DNA of 64,000 bases from Clostridia bacterium (GTDB lineage Bacteria > Bacillota > Clostridia > Monoglobales > Firm-18), in contig JAZOOD010000027.1 in the NCBI GenBank assembly GCA_045654805.1, forward strand, positions 1,719 through 65,718, given 5' to 3'. A program made the translations under genes and the position numbers. Below, piece after piece: positions 48,572 through 59,845 of the stretch (the stretch's first letter is position 1; each line of letters begins with the position of its first letter). Under the pieces are notes generated by a model, which had not been told where the DNA came from, made no database searches, and saw only the letters and a list, made by a program, of their open reading frames with translations.

Positions 48572-50272
48572 TTACATCTGCCTGATTCTTTTAATATCCT
48601 TAATAATGATTTGAGGAGTCTCCACACCCCTATAACTATTTATATCTAAATTACCTGCAATATCAATGTAATTACCTACCGATATAATCGATGAAAATTC
48701 ACCCATCGAAAATCCTATTGCATCTATTAAAGTATTATTACATTTTAAAACAAGCCTAATATGCTTACCATCTGATAATAGGGATTTTCTAATAACCTCT
48801 GCACCGAATAATGCAAACACAGGTCTGGGATTACCTACACCATATGGTTCAAGTACTTCTATACTTTTTATACTTTTAGTATCTAAAAAAACATCTTTTA
48901 AAATATAATCAATATTTATTTTTTGTACAAAACTTTCTCCATTTAATAAATTATCAGCATATTCATTTATCTTTACCCTGAATAAGTCAATATTTTCTTT
49001 ATTCATAGAAAGACCGGCTGCAAGTGAGTGACCTCCAAATTTCATAAGTAACTCAGAACAAGCACTCAAAGCCTCGTATAAGTCAAAATCGTTGACACTT
49101 CTGCCGGACCCTTTAACAATACTATTAATATCATCTGTAAGTACTATGCAGGGTTTATAATACACTTCACTCACCCTAGAAGCTACTATACCGATTACAC
49201 CGCTGTTCCATCCTTCGCCATAAACAACAATAACATTATCCTTATATAATTTATTATCATCAATAAGTTGAAAAACATTGTCTGCTATATTTTTTTCGAT
49301 ATCCTGCCTTTGAGAATTCAATTCATCCATTTTTTTTGCAATTGCATAACATCTACTATAATCATTTGAGGAAAACAATTCCACACAAACAGATGCATCT
49401 TCAAGACGTCCGGCTGCATTTATCCTTGGAACAATACCAAAAGCAAAATCGGCTACTTTTCCCTCACCTTCAATGCCCGATACATTCAAAAGAGCTTTTA
49501 TTCCTATATTATTATCGTACCCAACCATTTTAAGCCCCATAATAACAATGGCTCTATTTTCATCATTTAAAGGAACAACATCTGCTATTGTACCAATAGC
49601 AGTAATAAGAATATATTTTTTTATAACTCTTTCAAGGCTATCTTTGTTAAGAGCTGTAATAAGTTTGAAAGCAACACCTACTCCAGCCAGTTCTGAAAAC
49701 GGATATGTACTGTCCTTGCGTTTTGGATTTATTACCGCACAACAATCAGGAATACGTTCCGGACATTCGTGATGGTCCGTAATAATTATGTCAACACCAA
49801 GAGTTTTAGCATACTCTACTTCATTATATGCTGCAATTCCATTATCTACTGTTATAATCAGCTTAGTACCATTATCAGCAATTTTACGAATTGCATCAAC
49901 ATTCATACCATAACCGTCTGAAAATCTGTTTGGAATATAAAAATCAACATCAGCACCATTTTCTCTTAAAAACATATACAAAATACTTGTACTTGTAACA
50001 CCGTCCGCATCATAGTCACCAAAAACAGTAATTTTCTCATTACGCATAATTGATTTTTCTATCCGCGCTACGGCAATATCCATATCATTAAGTAAAAAAG
50101 GATTATGTAGATTGTGTAAAACCCGTTTAAAAAGATTAGCAGGATTACCCCCTACAATATCCAGGCGATTATGAAGTACACCTGAACAAAGCTCACTTAA
50201 CCCATATCGTGTCATCAAATCCTTGACTATTACATTGTCAATATTTTTATATATCCAAACTTTATTATTCAT
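48572..50272 (-). CDS. recJ: single-stranded-DNA-specific exonuclease RecJ
   Basis: DHH (GDYDADGVTS, ITDHH) and DHHA1 motifs. Confidence 0.93.
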   Translation of the reverse strand: MNNKVWIYKNIDNVIVKDLMTRYGLSELCSGVLHNRLDIVGGNPANLFKRVLHNLHNPFLLNDMDIAVARIEKSIMRNEKITVFGDYDADGVTSTSILYMFLRENGADVDFYIPNRFSDGYGMNVDAIRKIADNGTKLIITVDNGIAAYNEVEYAKTLGVDIIITDHHECPERIPDCCAVINPKRKDSTYPFSELAGVGVAFKLITALNKDSLERVIKKYILITAIGTIADVVPLNDENRAIVIMGLKMVGYDNNIGIKALLNVSGIEGEGKVADFAFGIVPRINAAGRLEDASVCVELFSSNDYSRCYAIAKKMDELNSQRQDIEKNIADNVFQLIDDNKLYKDNVIVVYGEGWNSGVIGIVASRVSEVYYKPCIVLTDDINSIVKGSGRSVNDFDLYEALSACSELLMKFGGHSLAAGLSMNKENIDLFRVKINEYADNLLNGESFVQKINIDYILKDVFLDTKSIKSIEVLEPYGVGNPRPVFALFGAEVIRKSLLSDGKHIRLVLKCNNTLIDAIGFSMGEFSSIISVGNYIDIAGNLDINSYRGVETPQIIIKDIKRIRQM

Positions 50273-50282
50273 ACTACCCCTA

Positions 50283-51611
50283 TTATTCAGCTAATTTTTT
50301 TACTGCATCAATCATATCATCAACATAAGAACGTTTTACATAAAAATCTATTTCTCCATTTACGCTTGCAGCAGCATACATATCACCGTATTCATAATAA
50401 ACAACAGTTTCAGGTGGTGTATTTGTATTATAGTTAAATGTAAAACTGCACAATTCTTTACCAATATTTACCAAATCAACCTCCCCTGAAATAACAGGAG
50501 CAATAATCGATTCGTATGCAATGCGGAATAAATTTTCATCAACTTTTTTATTATTAAGATAAAAATCCGAATTCCCAACCTTTAGTACATAATTTTCACC
50601 AGCATTAAAAACAATATTATCCGTAGAAATTATTTTCCTGATAAACACATAAGATTCAAGGAGATATACAGGCTCAAAATCTCTGTATTTTACCAACTCT
50701 TTATTTATAGAATAAACGTTAGGTTCGTCAGCTATTTTAATATATATTGAACTACCGTCTTTATCATTTCCTAATAATATTTTATAAACTTCACTGACTG
50801 TTTTTATAGTTATTGTATATCTTGGAACATTAAGACCATACTTGTTATAATCAGCAGGATTGTCATCAATAAATTCGGAAATTGTAAAATCGAGTGCATC
50901 AATAATTTTTCCTTCAAAAATACTCTGGTTTACATCCTTTTTATATGGAGTAATCATTTCCCATTTGGACATATTGTTTGCATTAACATTTTCTGAAGTT
51001 TTTGTCTGAATTGTAAATGTCGATTTTTCATTGCTTATTGTGATTCCTGTAATCAACTCTTTAATATCAACTATAGTTTTACTACGAAGAGAAGAAATCC
51101 CTCCATTTAATGCATTAAAAATATCAGTTGAAACAATATAAATTTCATCTTCATCATTTACAGTTGTATAGTATCCTGACTGTGTACCTGTCTGTATACC
51201 AAATTTAATCTTACTAACATTATTATCCACGTCTGTCATAATAACAACCATTGATGGATTATCCAGTCCATATGCAGATAAATCACTTGCATTTTCAGCA
51301 ATCAATTCTTCTGCATACAAAAATTTTACCTTTGATATAACAGAAGAAACTTTACTTTGCTCAAGCCTTATGTTTGAAATATCCATAACATTCCAAACAT
51401 TATTAACCTTGTTAAGCTTGTATGATTCATTAGAACCAGAAACTGAAAAAGTCAGTAAATCAGTTTCAATATTCATTATTTGAACACCTGTATCTACTTC
51501 AGTATGTTCACCTTTACCTGGTTTTGAGGAATTTAAGGACAATGTCACAAATACACCAAGCAATATCAAAATAGCCACAGCAATGATTATAAGTTTAGCT
51601 TTTATTTTCAT
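50283..51611 (-). CDS. DUF4340 domain protein
   Basis: N-terminal TM. Typical partner gene downstream of GldG-like genes. Confidence 0.6.
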   Translation of the reverse strand: MKIKAKLIIIAVAILILLGVFVTLSLNSSKPGKGEHTEVDTGVQIMNIETDLLTFSVSGSNESYKLNKVNNVWNVMDISNIRLEQSKVSSVISKVKFLYAEELIAENASDLSAYGLDNPSMVVIMTDVDNNVSKIKFGIQTGTQSGYYTTVNDEDEIYIVSTDIFNALNGGISSLRSKTIVDIKELITGITISNEKSTFTIQTKTSENVNANNMSKWEMITPYKKDVNQSIFEGKIIDALDFTISEFIDDNPADYNKYGLNVPRYTITIKTVSEVYKILLGNDKDGSSIYIKIADEPNVYSINKELVKYRDFEPVYLLESYVFIRKIISTDNIVFNAGENYVLKVGNSDFYLNNKKVDENLFRIAYESIIAPVISGEVDLVNIGKELCSFTFNYNTNTPPETVVYYEYGDMYAAASVNGEIDFYVKRSYVDDMIDAVKKLAE

Positions 51612-52972
51612 AGATATCTCCTCTTAATCCAAACAAACAATCCAATAATTATAATAATAAACGGAATTACAAAAGTAAGTATAACTTGCCATGTTCTGTA
51701 TTGTTCCACAGTTATTTCAAGTGGATTATTACTTATAAGTTTAGAGGAAATACTAATATTCTCATCAGATTTACCCATCCACAATACGCTATTTATCAGC
51801 AAAGGCTTATTATATGTCATAACCCCTTCATTAAATATATAAGAACTGCCACTGGCAATAACATGAGATATTATCTGGGACTTGGTAATTCTGGATGAAA
51901 TTGTCATAATACAATATGAACCAACCGCAGACTGATTTGCGTACAAGGTTGCTTTATCTGATGTATAAAGCATAGGTGATGTATCAATACTGTTTTTAGA
52001 TTCCCAAAGTGGCGTTACACTTACAGTATATGGCACAACAAGATTGTTTTTAATTGTATTTGTAACAGAGTGAGAAATCATATAAGGTACTGCATAACCA
52101 GAAATAATGCGCTGTGTATCTTTTTCCTCTACATATGCACCATTATACCCTAGTCCTAACTGAGTTAAATATTCGGTAAGGTTAGAACAATCTGCAACGT
52201 GGTCCATATGAATTTGCATATTGTGTCCGGATGAAAGATATTCTTCAATTCTGCTAATTTCATCAATTGAATAATCTACACGCGGTCCATAAATGAAAAT
52301 CATATCATATTCATCAGATATACCGTCTATCATAATATTAAAATCTTCATATTCTATGCCCTCAGTGCTAAGTACAGATTTTATAGCCGATGTATCTTCT
52401 TCATTATGTCCGGTAACAAAGCCTATCTTTATTTTTTCTTCCCTCATAACCGAACTAATCATAGATGCAAACCTTTCTTCAGCTAATATAGCTTTATTCC
52501 CGTTATTGTCATAGGATTGGATATCAGTTGCGGGCATTGAATTGAATTTTTCACCACAGGAGAAAATAACGTCTTCAAGATTTACATTCCCAAATTTTGA
52601 TGCAATTTCCGGATTTTTGTCCGGGTCTGTTATTATTAAGTTGATATTCGAATTCATACTTTCAACTTTTTCAAGTATTTGTTTAATTCTATACAGATAA
52701 TTATAATCCTGGAGTTCGAAGACCTCATCAGGATTCAAATCCTCCGGATTAACAAGGTAATATATATCTATGTCCTTATCTACTGATTGTATAATCTCTT
52801 CAAATTCTTCGGAAAAATCAAGAATTTTAGTTTCAGTAATATCAAATTTTATTCCAAAACTTTCCGTCAACATACCTGCAATAATATTTAACAGTATTAT
52901 AATTATACAAACACCTGCTATTAATGCTGCAGAACCGGTGCCGTAGATGAATTTTTTATTTATATTTTTCAT
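51608..52972 (-). CDS. GldG-like ABC-transporter auxiliary protein
   Basis: N- and C-terminal TM segments flanking a large ectodomain. Context next to the ABC-2 permease. Confidence 0.6.
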   Translation of the reverse strand: MKNINKKFIYGTGSAALIAGVCIIIILLNIIAGMLTESFGIKFDITETKILDFSEEFEEIIQSVDKDIDIYYLVNPEDLNPDEVFELQDYNYLYRIKQILEKVESMNSNINLIITDPDKNPEIASKFGNVNLEDVIFSCGEKFNSMPATDIQSYDNNGNKAILAEERFASMISSVMREEKIKIGFVTGHNEEDTSAIKSVLSTEGIEYEDFNIMIDGISDEYDMIFIYGPRVDYSIDEISRIEEYLSSGHNMQIHMDHVADCSNLTEYLTQLGLGYNGAYVEEKDTQRIISGYAVPYMISHSVTNTIKNNLVVPYTVSVTPLWESKNSIDTSPMLYTSDKATLYANQSAVGSYCIMTISSRITKSQIISHVIASGSSYIFNEGVMTYNKPLLINSVLWMGKSDENISISSKLISNNPLEITVEQYRTWQVILTFVIPFIIIIIGLFVWIKRRYL

Positions 52973-52984
52973 TTTAATTCCTCC

Positions 52985-53689
52985 TTAGCTCCAGCGCTTT
53001 TTCTGTATAAATATAACAGAAAGAAAAACAAATAATCCCGCAAATGTTAAATAGTATATAAATATGGATATATCTATTACACCCCATACAAAATTATCAA
53101 ATCTTGAAAACAATGAAAACCACTGTATGCCTTTAGATAAATAGCCTATATCAACTGCAGATGCAAAAACATCCGATAATTTCAAAAACAAAATAATTGT
53201 AAAAGTAACTATTGCAGAAACAATCTGACTTTCTGTCATCGTGGACACAAAAAGTCCTACGGAAAGCAAGGCACATCCCATAAGGAAATATCCTAAAAAT
53301 AGTACTAATGCATTAGACCATATTACTGTTCCAAAAAAAGACATTACAAAAGGATATATAAACATAATAACAACGTTAATTAAAAACAAAGTTACACATG
53401 CAAAATATTTTCCAAGAATAATCGAGATAACGGGAACATTTGTAGTAAGCAGGAGTTGGTCTGTTTTGTTCTTCCGTTCTTCCGACCAAAGGTGCATTGT
53501 CATAAGTGGTACCAAAAGTACAAAAACTAACGAAAGATACGAAAAAAATATAAGCATACTGGTGCTTTTACCTGATAAATTATAAACACCAAACAAATAT
53601 CCGCTTATACAAAGTGCTGCCGCAAGTACAATATATCCAATAGGAGATGTAAAATAAGCAAATAATTCTCTTTTATAGATAGCTTTCAT
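52985..53689 (-). CDS. ABC-2 type permease (GldF-like)
   Basis: Six TM segments, 234 aa. Confidence 0.7.
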   Translation of the reverse strand: MKAIYKRELFAYFTSPIGYIVLAAALCISGYLFGVYNLSGKSTSMLIFFSYLSLVFVLLVPLMTMHLWSEERKNKTDQLLLTTNVPVISIILGKYFACVTLFLINVVIMFIYPFVMSFFGTVIWSNALVLFLGYFLMGCALLSVGLFVSTMTESQIVSAIVTFTIILFLKLSDVFASAVDIGYLSKGIQWFSLFSRFDNFVWGVIDISIFIYYLTFAGLFVFLSVIFIQKKRWS

Positions 53690-53690
53690 T

Positions 53691-54653
53691 TTATTTATCC
53701 CCTTTCTTCAAATTTTGTTTCTTTTTCTTTGCAGTTACTTTAAGGAAAATATCTTCCAAAGTCATTTTTTTAGTATCAAAAGACATAAGTGAAAGATTTT
53801 TCTTATCTACAATATCCAAAATTTGTTTTCTTATATCCTTACCCTCTTTTGGTGTTATTGTATATATAAATTTATCCGTTTCACCCGTTGACTCAACCGT
53901 AACTGTTTTTACATCTGAAATGGTATTAATAGCATTAATAACAATATCCTTTACCCCTAAAATAGTAGCAACATAAACAGATTGATTAACAAGCTGTTCA
54001 TTAATATTCTTGATTGTATCATACACAACCAATTTACCATTATTAATTATTAACACCTTAGAACACACAGATGTAATTTCAGATAAAATATGAGAACTAA
54101 TTATAACAGTTCTGTTCTTTCCAAGATTACGAATCAAAGTTCTAATTTCCTGAATCTGGCTTGGATCAAGACCAACTGTTGGTTCATCCAGAATCAATAT
54201 TTCAGGATTACCAATAAGAGCCTGTGCAATACCAACCCTTTGTTTATAACCCTTTGATAAATTTTTTATTATACGGTCTTTTACATTAGTAATCTTCACA
54301 AGAGACATTATATCTTCAATATGTTTAGCCCTATTAAGCTTTACATTTTTAAGTTCATACACAAACTTAAGATATTCCAAAACTGTCATATCCATATAAA
54401 GTGGAGGGTTTTCAGGCAAATAACCAATTAGTTTTTTTGCCCTATCTGCATCCTTTAGTATATCAAACCCATTTATTTCAATACTGCCTGATGTTGTTGA
54501 AATATAACCGGTCATCATATTCATAGTGGTACTTTTACCTGCACCATTAGGCCCCAAAAACCCAATTATTTCACCTTCATCAAATTTTACGGAAATATTA
54601 TTAACAGCAGTATTTAAACCAAATTTTTTGGTAACATTTTTTAATTCAATCAC
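53691..54653 (-). CDS. ABC transporter ATP-binding protein
   Basis: Walker A GPNGAGKST, signature LSKGYKQR and Walker B ILILDEP. Confidence 0.9.
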   Translation of the reverse strand: MIELKNVTKKFGLNTAVNNISVKFDEGEIIGFLGPNGAGKSTTMNMMTGYISTTSGSIEINGFDILKDADRAKKLIGYLPENPPLYMDMTVLEYLKFVYELKNVKLNRAKHIEDIMSLVKITNVKDRIIKNLSKGYKQRVGIAQALIGNPEILILDEPTVGLDPSQIQEIRTLIRNLGKNRTVIISSHILSEITSVCSKVLIINNGKLVVYDTIKNINEQLVNQSVYVATILGVKDIVINAINTISDVKTVTVESTGETDKFIYTITPKEGKDIRKQILDIVDKKNLSLMSFDTKKMTLEDIFLKVTAKKKKQNLKKGDK

Positions 54654-54674
54654 AATAACACCTCTTTAGACAAA

Positions 54675-55922
54675 TCAGAAGTTTTCTTCAATAACTCTTT
54701 TTAAATCAGTAATTGCAACTTCCTTCTGTTCGCCGGTTGCCATATTTTTGACATTAACTTTATCGTTTTTAATTTCGTCATTTCCGATAACAACCGTATA
54801 TTTTGCACCAATTTTGTCTGCATATTTCATTTGAGCTTTTAAGCTTCTGCCCATCAAGTCTTTTTCAACCGAAATACCTTGTAATCTCAAATCATTTGCA
54901 AGCTTTTGTGCAAACAAATCAGCATCTTCACCAATATTGGATATATAAAGTTGAACTTCAGCCTGTGATTCAGGTAAAAGCCCCTGACTCTCCAAAACCA
55001 TCAAAAGCCTTTCCAATCCAAGTCCAAAACCAACACCGGGAGTAGGCTTGCCACCCAATTCCTCAACAAGACCATTATAACGACCACCGCCGCACACAAC
55101 CAATCCCTCTGATTTAATTTCAAAAACAGTGGTTGTATAGTAGTCAAGCCCTCTAACAATGGTGTCATCAATTTCATAGCTGATACCCATAGCATCAAGG
55201 TATTTGCAAAGCTTGTTGTAATGTTCCATACATTCGGGACATTGTTCATTTAAAATTTTAGGTGCACAAACACCAATTTCTTCACAATGTTGGACTTTGC
55301 AGTCAATAATTCTCATAGGGTTTTTATCAAGTCTTGTCTTACAAGTTTCGCAAAGTTCGTCAGTATAATTTGAAAAATAATTTTTAAGCTTTGCATTATA
55401 CTCCTTACGACAATCGGGACACCCAATGCTGTTAACATATAACTTAAGGTCCCTAACACCCAAGGTCTTGAGCAAATTATATGCCATAGAAATAACTTCA
55501 GCATCTATTGATGATTCAGGACTGCCAAATGCCTCAATACCAAACTGATGGAATTCCCTTAATCTGCCTGCCTGAGGCTTTTCATATCTGTAACACGAAA
55601 GCATATAATACATCTTTGTTGGCTGAGCATCTGCAAAGAGATTGTTTTCTAAAAAGCATCTAACTGTACCTGCTGTACCCTCAGGTCGTAGTGTAATACT
55701 TCTTCCACCTTTATCTTCAAATGTGTACATTTCCTTTTGAACAACATCAGTTGTATCGCCAACACCACGTTCAAAAAGTTCCGTATGTTCAAATACAGGA
55801 ATACGAACTTCCTTGTATCCGAAATTTTTACATATATTGCGGATTTCTTCTTCCACATAATGCCATTTATAGCTTTCCTGAGGAATAACATCCTTTGTTC
55901 CTCTTGGTGCTTTTGTAATCAT
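54675..55922 (-). CDS. hisS: histidine--tRNA ligase
   Basis: Class II motifs (RYEKPQAGRLREFHQ, GGGRY). The ATG overlaps the engB stop codon (ATGA-type overlap). Confidence 0.95.
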   Translation of the reverse strand: MITKAPRGTKDVIPQESYKWHYVEEEIRNICKNFGYKEVRIPVFEHTELFERGVGDTTDVVQKEMYTFEDKGGRSITLRPEGTAGTVRCFLENNLFADAQPTKMYYMLSCYRYEKPQAGRLREFHQFGIEAFGSPESSIDAEVISMAYNLLKTLGVRDLKLYVNSIGCPDCRKEYNAKLKNYFSNYTDELCETCKTRLDKNPMRIIDCKVQHCEEIGVCAPKILNEQCPECMEHYNKLCKYLDAMGISYEIDDTIVRGLDYYTTTVFEIKSEGLVVCGGGRYNGLVEELGGKPTPGVGFGLGLERLLMVLESQGLLPESQAEVQLYISNIGEDADLFAQKLANDLRLQGISVEKDLMGRSLKAQMKYADKIGAKYTVVIGNDEIKNDKVNVKNMATGEQKEVAITDLKRVIEENF

Positions 55923-56506
55923 TATTCTTCAACTCCTATCATCTGTTTAAACAGGCTCCATACCTCGTCAACACCGTCACCTTTTTCAGAGGAAAAAGGT
56001 ATTACTTCATCAATACCAAAGGTGTTTTTAATAAGATTCAAAGCATCTTCACGCTGACTTGGTTTAACCTTATCTTTTTTGGTAGCAATAACGACCGGTT
56101 CAAAACCGCTTTCAACTATCCAATTAAACATCATAATATCATCGTTAGTTGGTTTATGTCGCATATCTACTAAAAGTACAACTTGTATAAGTTGTTCTCT
56201 TTCATTAAGATATTCCTCAATCATCCTGCCCCATTTTTCCTTTTCCTGCTTGGAAACCTTGGCAAAGCCATAACCGGGCAAATCAACAAAAATCAATGTT
56301 TTATCAATGTCATAAAAATTAATTGTAGCGGTTTTACCGGGCTGGGCACTAACTCTTGCAAGTTTTTTTCTATTTAAAAGCTTATTGATAAGTGAAGACT
56401 TACCAACGTTAGACCTTCCTGCAAAAGCTATCTCGGGTAAATCTGTATTAGGATATTGTCTTTTACTTACAGCAGAAAGCATTAAAGCAACATTATTCAA
56501 ATTCAT
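55922..56506 (-). CDS. engB: ribosome biogenesis GTPase YsxC/EngB
   Basis: GRSNVGKSSLIN, DLPGYG and TKKDK. Confidence 0.93.
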   Translation of the reverse strand: MNLNNVALMLSAVSKRQYPNTDLPEIAFAGRSNVGKSSLINKLLNRKKLARVSAQPGKTATINFYDIDKTLIFVDLPGYGFAKVSKQEKEKWGRMIEEYLNEREQLIQVVLLVDMRHKPTNDDIMMFNWIVESGFEPVVIATKKDKVKPSQREDALNLIKNTFGIDEVIPFSSEKGDGVDEVWSLFKQMIGVEE

Positions 56507-58908
56507 TGTTTAATCATTGCCTCCTCACTCTTTGCTGTTTTCACATCAACAAATTTATAATCTTTTACAGCAGGTTTATCACATAATGCAACAGACAAAA
56601 CTTTATCAATATTATCTACTGTTATAAAATTTAATTCATTTCTTACAATTTCAGGAATATCAGCAATATCAGGTTCATTTTGCTTTGGAATTATAACAGT
56701 TTTCACACCCGCTCTATGTGCTGCTATTGACTTTTCTTTTAATCCACCAATAGCCAAGACTCTGCCGCGAATTGTAATTTCACCAGTCATTGCAACATCA
56801 CGTCTAACGGGAATTTTGGTAAGTGCTGAAACAACTGACGTTGCTATTGTAATACCTGCAGAAGGACCATCCTTTGGAACAGCACCCTCCGGTACGTGCA
56901 CATGAATATCAAATTTTTTATAAAAATCCGGAACTATCCCTAGTTTATCACAATTAGCACGGATATAGCTAATTGCAGCAACTGCAGATTCTTTCATTAC
57001 ATCTCCAAGCTTACCTGTAAGTTCTATCTTCCCTGTGCCGGGCATAACGTTTGTTTCTATCTGCAAAGTATCACCGCCGACGCTTGTCCACGCAAGACCA
57101 TTTGCAACACCAATTTCATCATTGTTTTCAATATCTGTAAATAAAAACTTACGTTTTCCAAGATATTTTTCAAGATTAATAGGAGTTACAATAACAGATT
57201 TAACACCATTTTCAACAATATTTTTTGCAGTCTTACGACAAATTTCCGCAATTGAACGTTCAAGATTGCGTACTCCGGATTCCTTTGTATAATAATTTAC
57301 AATATCGCGTACAGCATCACGTGTTATACGCAAATTTTTGGTATCCAAACCATGTTTTTTCCTTTGTTTTGGAATAAGATGGTCAAGTGTAATTTCAATC
57401 TTTTCCTGCAAAGTATAACTGGAAATATTAATAACTTCCATTCTGTCAAGCAACGGTCTTGAAATAGTATCAAGAGAATTTGCAGTTGTTACAAAAACCA
57501 CATCCGACAAGTCAATTGGTATTTCAAGAAAATTGTCTCTGAATGAAAAATTCTGTTCGGAATCCAAAACCTCAAGCAATGCCGATGATGGATCACCTTT
57601 ATAATCCGAGCTTAGTTTATCAATTTCATCAAGCAAGATAAATGCATTCATACTCTTCGCCTGTTTTATTGCATTTACAATTCTGCCAGGCATAGCACCA
57701 ACATAAGTTTTTCGATGTCCCCTTATTTCCGCTTCATCACGGATACCGCCAAGAGAAATACGTACATAATTTCTGTTCATAGCCCTTGCAATACTTTTTG
57801 CAACAGATGTTTTCCCAACACCCGGGGGGCCTACTAGACACAATATTGTGCCATTATAATCCCTTGCAATGTGCTTAACGGACAAAAATTCTATAATACG
57901 TTCTTTAACATCTTCAAGCCCGTAATGGTCAGCATCCAAAATATTTTTAGCCTGCTTCACGGATAATCTGTCCTTAGTATATACTCCCCACGGAAGTTCA
58001 AGAACAATATCCAGATAATTACGCATAACTGCACTGTCGGAAGACATCGTGGACATTTTGGATAACCTATCTACATCCTTCAACAATTTTTCTTTTATAT
58101 TATCAGAAAAACTAAGTTTAGATATTTTTGAACGGTATTCATCACAATCAGACTGGTGTCCGTCTTTGTCACCAAGTTCTTCATTAATTGCCTTAACCTG
58201 TTCGCGAAGATAGTATTCTTTTTGGTGTCTGTCCATTTCCTCTTTAACACGGGCAGCAATATCATACTCAATTTTCATAATTTGTGACTCATTGTTCATT
58301 ATTTCAATGAGTTTTTCCATACGCTTATATATATCAGTTTCAGATAAAATTTTCATTTTATCTTCTTGTTTAACAAATATATTTCCTGCTACAACATCAA
58401 TAAACTCTTCAACTTCTGTAATATTCATTATCTGAGCAACAATTTCATGCGGAAGTTTGGGAAGAAATTTCAGGTAATCGTCCAACATATCCTTTGCTGC
58501 ACGCATAAATGCTTCCACTTCGTCAGTAGATTCAACTCTGGCGGCAGGGTATCTTCTAAGTTCTGCAACATAATGTGTTGTTTCATCAAGTATTTTAGCT
58601 ATTTTACCTCTGGCAATGCCCTCAACCAAAATACGGATATTGCCATTTTGCAGTTTCATAATCTGCTTTATTTTTGATACTGTGCCGAAAGTATAAACAT
58701 CTTCCGGCTTTGGGTCATCCGTTTTTATATCCTTTTGTGTGGAAAGAAAAATCAACTGTTCATTATTCATTGCCTCCTCAACAGCCTTTATAGATTTATC
58801 TCTGCCTACGTCAAAATGCAAAACCATATATGGAAATACTGTCAAGCCTCTGAGAGGCAACAAAGGCAAGACCATTTTTTTAGTTATTATTCTTTTATTT
58901 TTAACCAT
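56503..58908 (-). CDS. lon: ATP-dependent Lon protease
   Basis: LON N-domain, AAA+ (GPPGVGKTS) and the proteolytic PKDGPSAG. Confidence 0.95.
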   Translation of the reverse strand: MVKNKRIITKKMVLPLLPLRGLTVFPYMVLHFDVGRDKSIKAVEEAMNNEQLIFLSTQKDIKTDDPKPEDVYTFGTVSKIKQIMKLQNGNIRILVEGIARGKIAKILDETTHYVAELRRYPAARVESTDEVEAFMRAAKDMLDDYLKFLPKLPHEIVAQIMNITEVEEFIDVVAGNIFVKQEDKMKILSETDIYKRMEKLIEIMNNESQIMKIEYDIAARVKEEMDRHQKEYYLREQVKAINEELGDKDGHQSDCDEYRSKISKLSFSDNIKEKLLKDVDRLSKMSTMSSDSAVMRNYLDIVLELPWGVYTKDRLSVKQAKNILDADHYGLEDVKERIIEFLSVKHIARDYNGTILCLVGPPGVGKTSVAKSIARAMNRNYVRISLGGIRDEAEIRGHRKTYVGAMPGRIVNAIKQAKSMNAFILLDEIDKLSSDYKGDPSSALLEVLDSEQNFSFRDNFLEIPIDLSDVVFVTTANSLDTISRPLLDRMEVINISSYTLQEKIEITLDHLIPKQRKKHGLDTKNLRITRDAVRDIVNYYTKESGVRNLERSIAEICRKTAKNIVENGVKSVIVTPINLEKYLGKRKFLFTDIENNDEIGVANGLAWTSVGGDTLQIETNVMPGTGKIELTGKLGDVMKESAVAAISYIRANCDKLGIVPDFYKKFDIHVHVPEGAVPKDGPSAGITIATSVVSALTKIPVRRDVAMTGEITIRGRVLAIGGLKEKSIAAHRAGVKTVIIPKQNEPDIADIPEIVRNELNFITVDNIDKVLSVALCDKPAVKDYKFVDVKTAKSEEAMIKQ

Positions 58909-59128
58909 AAATATTATTTCACCTCAATTTCACGCCATTTGGGTAAGGTAATCCAAAATAAAATATTACCTATCATAACATTATACTATTTTTTATGAAA
59001 TATTTCAACCTTTTTTACAAAACTTTTACTGGTTAATTAATACATATCTGTATTTTTATTGTTGCATTCGCGTATAAAAATCAAAATGTATGAAATCATA
59101 ATTTTATATTTATACGGAGGTTGATAAA

Positions 59129-59782
59129 ATGAAAAAAATTTCAATATTTATAATCTTATTATCGTTGGTTATTAGTGCCGCTGTATTTAATAACAGAAGT
59201 AATGAAGTTTTATCAAAAAAAGGCTCCACAGGAAATGAAGTAATACAGATACAAAAAAAATTAAAATACTGGGGATATTACAATGGTGATGTTGACGGAA
59301 TATACGGAAGTAAAACAAAAGCCGCAATAGAGAACTTTCAAAGAAAAAACGGGCTAACTGTTGACGGTATAGCAGGAACAAATACACTAAATGCTATGGG
59401 CATACAATCTTCCTCTAATAATTACAATTACGACAATGATGCAAAATTGCTTGCCAGAATAATTAATGCAGAGGCTCGGGGAGAATCGTACGTAGGACAA
59501 GTTTCTGTAGGAGCGGTAGTACTAAACCGAGTTGATCATCCCTCTTTCCCAAATACCATAGCGGGTGTAATTTTTCAGGAAGGTGCCTTCACTGCCATAG
59601 TAGACGGACAATGGGATGCCGATATGTATGAAAGCTCTTACAAAGCAGCACAAGACGCACTTAACGGTTGGGACCCAACCGGTGGTGCCATATATTATTA
59701 CAACCCTGCAAAAACTACAAGTAAGTGGATTTACTCACGTCCTGTAATTACAACTATTGGAAAACACGTGTTTGCCAAATAA
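59129..59782 (+). CDS. sleB: spore cortex-lytic enzyme SleB-like
   Basis: Signal peptide, PG_binding_1 repeat (DGIYGSKTKAAIENFQ) and Hydrolase_2 (NAEARGE...VVLNR). Confidence 0.85.
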   Translation: MKKISIFIILLSLVISAAVFNNRSNEVLSKKGSTGNEVIQIQKKLKYWGYYNGDVDGIYGSKTKAAIENFQRKNGLTVDGIAGTNTLNAMGIQSSSNNYNYDNDAKLLARIINAEARGESYVGQVSVGAVVLNRVDHPSFPNTIAGVIFQEGAFTAIVDGQWDADMYESSYKAAQDALNGWDPTGGAIYYYNPAKTTSKWIYSRPVITTIGKHVFAK

Positions 59783-59845
59783 AATAATTACAATGTTGAT
59801 TTTTGTAAAATTTTATGATAAATTACATTATGAGGTGAACGTAAG

